Positions 59,432 through 64,000 of a stretch of 64,000 nucleotides of DNA are shown here, piece after piece (positions within the stretch are counted from its first letter, which is position 1; each line of letters starts with the position of its first letter). The DNA comes from a virus. The position numbers and the translations under genes were made by a program. The stretch spans positions 38,176 through 102,175 of IMG/VR virus record IMGVR_UViG_3300050026_000388. One strand, 5' to 3'. The notes beneath the pieces are model-generated. The model ran no database searches. It saw only the letters and a program-made list of their open reading frames with translations, and was not told the origin of the DNA.

Positions 59432-60372
59432 CGCAAATATGGGTGTTGGTTGGCGGAGATTCGCAAAGCTATAACCTTGTTACGCAAGGGGTAGCTGGCA
59501 AGTTCAATCTACTTTTGAGTACAAAAGGACATTACGGCGGCACAGTCAAATTCATTTCTGACCAAGTGCCGTACTTGATTGGTGAAGAGTTGCGCGACCA
59601 ATTGTTCCCACCTAATGAGCTCATCCTGCCGATTGCCATTATGGGTACCTCCCCGGCTGACGTGCTACGCAGCGTCCACGCACTGCGCCGGTCGCTTGAC
59701 CCGCGCTATGATGTGCAGATTAAGGTAACAAACGACTTAGGAGAAGTCCGCATAATTACGTGCCGCTACGAAAGCGGTTTTGAAAACGCGGTCGATGATG
59801 AACACCGCGGACCGCTGCTGCAAAAGATTCCGCTCAAGTTTATGGCGTTCGACCCATTGTGGTACGACGATGAAGACCTTAGCTTCGACGTTGGTATGGA
59901 ACTGCCAACACAGGAGTTTTTTAGTTCTGAAGGCGTGTCATGGTTTTCTGTCCCCGGAGGAATGACGGCCGGCTGGCGCATTGAAACCTTAGGCTTGATG
60001 GATGCGGGAGAATCCGTGACCCTCTACAATCCTGGCGACGTTGACGCGTATCCTGTCTGGACTGTAACCGGCCCCGGGGGTGGACTACAGCTACGGAACC
60101 TCACTACAGGGGATAGTTTCCGGCTTAATTATACACTCGACGCCGGCGAGGTTGTAACGATTGATACCAACCGCGGCAGCCGCACAATAATGTCAGATAA
60201 CGGAACTAACTTACGGCCATGGCTTGATGCCGTAGAACGTTCATTATGGACGCTGCAACCTGGCAACAATGAAATCGTCGTCGATATAAACCTACAACAG
60301 TTTGAATCGTTGTTTACTCTTGGGGCGACCGAAATCGCTATGGCGGCAACGCCCGCGTATTGGGGAATATAA
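59428..60372 (+). CDS. Distal tail protein (Dit-like)
   Basis: FMAFDPLWY...NPGDVDAYPVWTVTGPG...LQPGNNEI; follows TMP. Confidence 0.88.
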   Translation: MTQIWVLVGGDSQSYNLVTQGVAGKFNLLLSTKGHYGGTVKFISDQVPYLIGEELRDQLFPPNELILPIAIMGTSPADVLRSVHALRRSLDPRYDVQIKVTNDLGEVRIITCRYESGFENAVDDEHRGPLLQKIPLKFMAFDPLWYDDEDLSFDVGMELPTQEFFSSEGVSWFSVPGGMTAGWRIETLGLMDAGESVTLYNPGDVDAYPVWTVTGPGGGLQLRNLTTGDSFRLNYTLDAGEVVTIDTNRGSRTIMSDNGTNLRPWLDAVERSLWTLQPGNNEIVVDINLQQFESLFTLGATEIAMAATPAYWGI

Positions 60373-60373
60373 G

Positions 60374-61663
60374 TTGACAATCGCCTACGAATCAGTTGAC
60401 TCAGAGATTATATTACGTGACGGTAACTTGGAGGACTTGGGGGAAATCTCGAAGTTCATTTCACTCGAAGCTACTATAACGCTAAACGACGTTGGTTCGT
60501 GGCTCATTACAATGCGCCCCGATGATTTCCGCAGCCTTGAACAACTAGACATGCTCTGTGGAATAAACGTGTACCGCGATAAAGAGTTGATATTTGACGG
60601 CCCCATAACCGATATAAAAAACACGTATGTTTCCGGCGAACCGCTTATTTCACTCATAGGAGCCACGGATAACCAATATCTGAAGGATGCCGTATGCTAC
60701 CCAGTAGTACCCGGGCCGATAACCATCGGCGGCGGCGTGTATTTTTCGGATATCGCGGATGTAAACCAAACGCTGACGGTAGACTCAGCATTTCAGGGAT
60801 ACGACACGCGCAGCGGCCCCGCGCAGATTGTTATGCAGCAACTCGTGGATTATAATATAGGGCCGCACGCCTGTAAATATACCGTCGCGGTGCCGGAGGG
60901 GACCTATAATATCAACCGCAGCTTGTCTAACCTCGTTATCGGCCCTGGCGGCGGTATAGGTCTACCGATAACATCAAACGCGAGAGGGGACAACCTTCTC
61001 ACACAACTACAGAGCATCGCAGCAGCGGGGTGTGTAAACTTCCAGATAACCCTTCACGGCGGCCCGTATTCTGATTTTGACGGGACGTGGCTTGAATTTG
61101 ATACCTTTATCGGCCGTGACCTCACGCAAACCGTGGAACTGAGTGTCGAATCTGGCACGTTAAAAGAGTATGAGTATATCGTGAGCAGACCAAAGGGCAA
61201 TTTGATAATAGCCGCGGGGCCGAACGTACAGGCAAACCAACAGTTCTGGTTCGGCGCGGACCCAGATTCAATCGCGCAGTATGGAATGGTTGAAGAGTGG
61301 GCTAGCGGCGCTAGCGCGAACTCTCAGGACACCGTAGATGAGATTAATACTGAGATGGGGGCAAGCGTTAACACGTCGCTACTCAATGATGCGTATACTA
61401 CTTCAGTAACATTAACACTGCAGGAAACAGACCAACTCAGGTTCAAGCGAGATTTTGATTTAGGTGATAAGGTACGGGTGTGGGTTGATGATATTCCTGT
61501 CGATGAGACTGTAAGACAACTTTACTATGTGCTGTCCTCAAGTGGGACAGCGAGTGGTGGGTCGCTAGTAACAACGTTCAAACCACGGCAGACCTCTAAG
61601 GCGGTTCAACAAATACGACAGAACACAGAAGCGATTAATCGGCTTATGTTGCAGAAGGGATAA
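60374..61663 (+). CDS. Siphovirus minor tail/hub protein (ReqiPepy6 gp37-like)
   Basis: LNDVGSW...IFDGPI...FKRDFDLGDKVRV; TTG start assumed. Confidence 0.8.
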   Translation: MTIAYESVDSEIILRDGNLEDLGEISKFISLEATITLNDVGSWLITMRPDDFRSLEQLDMLCGINVYRDKELIFDGPITDIKNTYVSGEPLISLIGATDNQYLKDAVCYPVVPGPITIGGGVYFSDIADVNQTLTVDSAFQGYDTRSGPAQIVMQQLVDYNIGPHACKYTVAVPEGTYNINRSLSNLVIGPGGGIGLPITSNARGDNLLTQLQSIAAAGCVNFQITLHGGPYSDFDGTWLEFDTFIGRDLTQTVELSVESGTLKEYEYIVSRPKGNLIIAAGPNVQANQQFWFGADPDSIAQYGMVEEWASGASANSQDTVDEINTEMGASVNTSLLNDAYTTSVTLTLQETDQLRFKRDFDLGDKVRVWVDDIPVDETVRQLYYVLSSSGTASGGSLVTTFKPRQTSKAVQQIRQNTEAINRLMLQKG

Positions 61664-61667
61664 AAAA

Positions 61668-63341
61668 ATGATATTCGGCGCGCATGGTGGAATCATTGGC
61701 GATTTAAGTTGGGCAAAAGCGAACGGAATAAGTGAAGTCGGGTACGTATGTCAAGATGGGGGGCTTCACTCAGATATAGCATCATCGATTCGCGGGGCCG
61801 GTATGTCCCCGGTACTTAATACATTTAATGATAATCACGGTCCAGACGAAGACGGAAGCGGTTATGCTGGATTATTTAGCGCGTGCCGTGGCGTGTGGGA
61901 TATGGAAGCCGGCGAGGGGTGTAGCGCATCCGTGACCGGATATTGCTCGAACTATTTAACTTATGAGAATTACGGCGGCATTGTCGGCAGCAGCCAGGGA
62001 GATATGTACGCAGGTCCGTGGAGTCACGCAACGGGCGGCTATGGGCATCAGGATATACTCGAGACGTATGATAATTCTAATAATGTGGTCCTTGACGGCC
62101 AGCTTGTTAACTGCCTCCACTCTGCCGCTTCACACGGTTCAGCAATGTTGGGGTTGCTCATCGGGATATTCCCTGCGCTACTCCCTAACTATGATGCGAA
62201 CCAAGTTATAAACTTTATAAGTGGGTGCGGGGTTAATATAAGTAAAATTGTATTTTGGGGGGGCTATAACCAAGATGCTATTGGTATTATGCAGGGCTCC
62301 GGACTTTTTAGCGCGTTAAAATCGCACTATGGCGCGTCAAGCGGCGGCGGTGGCGGCGGAGCTGTGGCGGTAACCCCAACCACTATCTTTATACAATTCC
62401 ACACGAACCCCACCTGGTGGTGGCAAGGGAAAATAAACGCGGTTGCTGCAATATACGCCCATGCGTGGAAGGGTACTACCGCACATTCACTTAGCAGCAG
62501 CGAATTTCTTCAGGTACAAATTTCATGGGACCAAAAAAACTGGAGCGCGGTGAAATCACTCCATCCTGATGGCATCGGGTGTTGTGTGTTTACTGTATCA
62601 TTCGCAGGAAATCAACCGCATATGTACTTCCGTGTAGTTCAACGGGATACGGGTTATACCAGCAATACTATAGAGGGTTGCTGGGGGAAATGCACCGGAA
62701 CAAGTTCAAGCGGAGTAACAACGTCAACAACTGCATCACAAGCGACTTCCGCGTTTGGGACCTTCACGGCTGTAACCGGCTTAACCGGCGGCGGTACTAT
62801 GGCTGGAACGTGGACAACCGGACCGCATCTGTGGTTAGGAATTGCGGACCCTGGAACGGATTTAAAGACCTGCACGCAGACCGTAGGCGACATAGTACAC
62901 GTCTATGGGTTATCAGGAAAAATAGACAATAAAAGCGCGTGGGTCGCAGGAGCGTGGAGTAACGCGCTCGTTATATTGTATGAAAATGATGGAGGAACGT
63001 CGCCATCAACGTTGATAGGTGAAGTGAACCCCCCAGCCAAGACGGGACACTTTGATATATCGTTTAGCCGCCCCACCGTTGGCATGAAGCAGTACTATGC
63101 AAAAACAGGCACCAATACTTTTTCCCCGGGGATTACTGTAAACTGGGTTGCGGCGACGACCAGTGAGGGAACTGGTGACCAATCAACAGGTACGGACCAA
63201 ACAGACCAAACAGACCAAACAGTTACCCCTCCTGCGGCGATTCAATTTGATTTGCAACCAGTGGTTCCGGTGCCGCAACCGGTGACTACGGGAATCACAG
63301 TAGGGCTTCGGGATAAAACGCATAAGGGGCCAGGAAAATAG
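61668..63341 (+). CDS. Tail-tip protein: alpha/beta N-domain (possible hydrolase) plus Ig-like domains
   Basis: Position after hub; Gly and Thr/Ser linkers separate three domains. Confidence 0.5.
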   Translation: MIFGAHGGIIGDLSWAKANGISEVGYVCQDGGLHSDIASSIRGAGMSPVLNTFNDNHGPDEDGSGYAGLFSACRGVWDMEAGEGCSASVTGYCSNYLTYENYGGIVGSSQGDMYAGPWSHATGGYGHQDILETYDNSNNVVLDGQLVNCLHSAASHGSAMLGLLIGIFPALLPNYDANQVINFISGCGVNISKIVFWGGYNQDAIGIMQGSGLFSALKSHYGASSGGGGGGAVAVTPTTIFIQFHTNPTWWWQGKINAVAAIYAHAWKGTTAHSLSSSEFLQVQISWDQKNWSAVKSLHPDGIGCCVFTVSFAGNQPHMYFRVVQRDTGYTSNTIEGCWGKCTGTSSSGVTTSTTASQATSAFGTFTAVTGLTGGGTMAGTWTTGPHLWLGIADPGTDLKTCTQTVGDIVHVYGLSGKIDNKSAWVAGAWSNALVILYENDGGTSPSTLIGEVNPPAKTGHFDISFSRPTVGMKQYYAKTGTNTFSPGITVNWVAATTSEGTGDQSTGTDQTDQTDQTVTPPAAIQFDLQPVVPVPQPVTTGITVGLRDKTHKGPGK

Positions 63342-63378
63342 ATGCCACACGATAAACGCGACAAAACAGAAGAAGAAT

Positions 63379-64000
63379 ATTTCAAAGTTATAGGAGCTTA
63401 TAAATGATAAAAACTAGAGGATGGAGTCGGTTGCCTTATGAGTGAGGTCTACTTCCCCTTCAATTCGGGCAACGGGGCAATTGTGACTGAGCAACAATGG
63501 CAACAAATGGCGAGCTGTTGGGCAAAAACCGGCGTTAGGACTAGTGTAGATAGAACGCAAGAACTAAAGGTCAACGCCGACCCCGAAGGCGGCAGAGTTG
63601 TGATGGTGGACCCTGGTGTATGTTATATATTGGGGGAATATTACGCAACGGATGAACCTATTGAACTCTCTATTGATGAACCACCCACGACCTCTGGGCA
63701 GGTGCGCATTGATGCAATAGTGGCGAGATGTAAATGGGGCGCAAATGCGAAAATTGACCTAGAGGTAGTTGACGGGGTGCCTGGAACGCCGTGCGCCGCA
63801 GTAGAGATGTGGGACGCGAGCATGTATGGAACCGCTGGATACCCGCCGCCCGTATCCTCTGAACCAGGGGTTCAATACGACCTAGTACTAGCATTTCAAA
63901 GTTATAGGAGCTTATAAATGATAAAAACTAGAGGATGGAGTCGGTTGCCTTATGAGTGAGGTCTACTTCCCCTTCAATTCGGGCAACGGGGCAATTGTGA
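63379..64000 (+). repeat. Exact direct repeat: 63379-63486 equals 63893-64000 (offset 514 bp, runs off the window)
   Basis: Identical ATTTCAAAGTTATAGGAGC...GGGGCAATTGTGA at both positions. Confidence 0.95.
63438..63917 (+). CDS. Minor tail/baseplate protein, probably truncated at a duplication junction
   Basis: YFPF...EQQW...VDPG...RIDAIVAR...YDLVLA; the last codons derive from the repeated upstream sequence. Confidence 0.7.
   Translation: MSEVYFPFNSGNGAIVTEQQWQQMASCWAKTGVRTSVDRTQELKVNADPEGGRVVMVDPGVCYILGEYYATDEPIELSIDEPPTTSGQVRIDAIVARCKWGANAKIDLEVVDGVPGTPCAAVEMWDASMYGTAGYPPPVSSEPGVQYDLVLAFQSYRSL

Larger units (their letters stand above)
1..64000 (+). mobile_element. Tailed dsDNA virus or provirus segment (siphovirus-like, probably infecting a methanogenic archaeon)
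   Basis: Co-oriented portal, prohead protease, HK97 capsid, head-tail adaptor/closure, tail tube, frameshifted chaperone, tape measure and Dit genes; no sheath gene recognised; no cellular housekeeping genes. Confidence 0.95.

Noticed and set aside
63381-63410. TTATA-GGAGCT-TATAA as a dif/att recombination site
   Set aside because: Arms are only 5 bp and do not match the ATAA-N6-TTAT dif arrangement
1-64000. Numerous minus-strand ORFs (e.g. 30791-31678, 56153-56914, 18880-19455)
   Set aside because: They are antisense shadows of well-supported + strand genes, have low complexity and show no motifs
1-64000. Genome-wide TAG recoding
   Set aside because: Conserved genes are full length in the standard code, and most TAG stops are followed by an out-of-frame start or another stop
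1-64000. tRNA or rRNA genes
   Set aside because: No cloverleaf or T-loop signature recognised by eye, and few gaps are long enough; tRNAscan-SE would be decisive

Overview
The window is 64 kb of a large tailed dsDNA virus (siphovirus-type Caudoviricetes), and essentially all credible genes are on the + strand. The host is probably a methanogenic archaeon (Methanomicrobia/Halobacteriota). This is inferred from GGTGA-type ribosome-binding sites, TATA-box promoters, a DUF2769-like protein, an archaeal lipobox and a methanogen-type PD-(D/E)xK nuclease. Layout: 1-15 kb accessory region (small Zn-finger ORFs, papain-like protease, PQ-loop protein, MuF-ADP-ribosyltransferase fusion, GT2 glycosyltransferase, membrane/lipoprotein module); 15.5-23.8 kb HK97-type head genes; 24-46 kb a very large modular appendage locus of repeated paralogue families around the head-tail adaptor; 46-64 kb tail genes (intein-containing gp10-like protein, tail tube, -1 frameshifted chaperone, 2303-aa tape measure, Dit, hub). 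Eight HNH-type ORFs are interspersed. Most notable: (1) a putative bead-on-a-string neck-fibre system with five subunit paralogues, repeat ruler proteins, four adaptors, shuffled glycan-acting tips and single-repeat micro-ORFs; (2) a glutaredoxin domain inside the tape measure protein; (3) a MuF-ART toxin with a candidate 37-aa immunity peptide; (4) an intein carrying a Vsr/DUF559-type nuclease. No terminase, integrase, replication gene, tRNA or CRISPR array was recognised. All family assignments come from motif recognition by eye, not from database searches.
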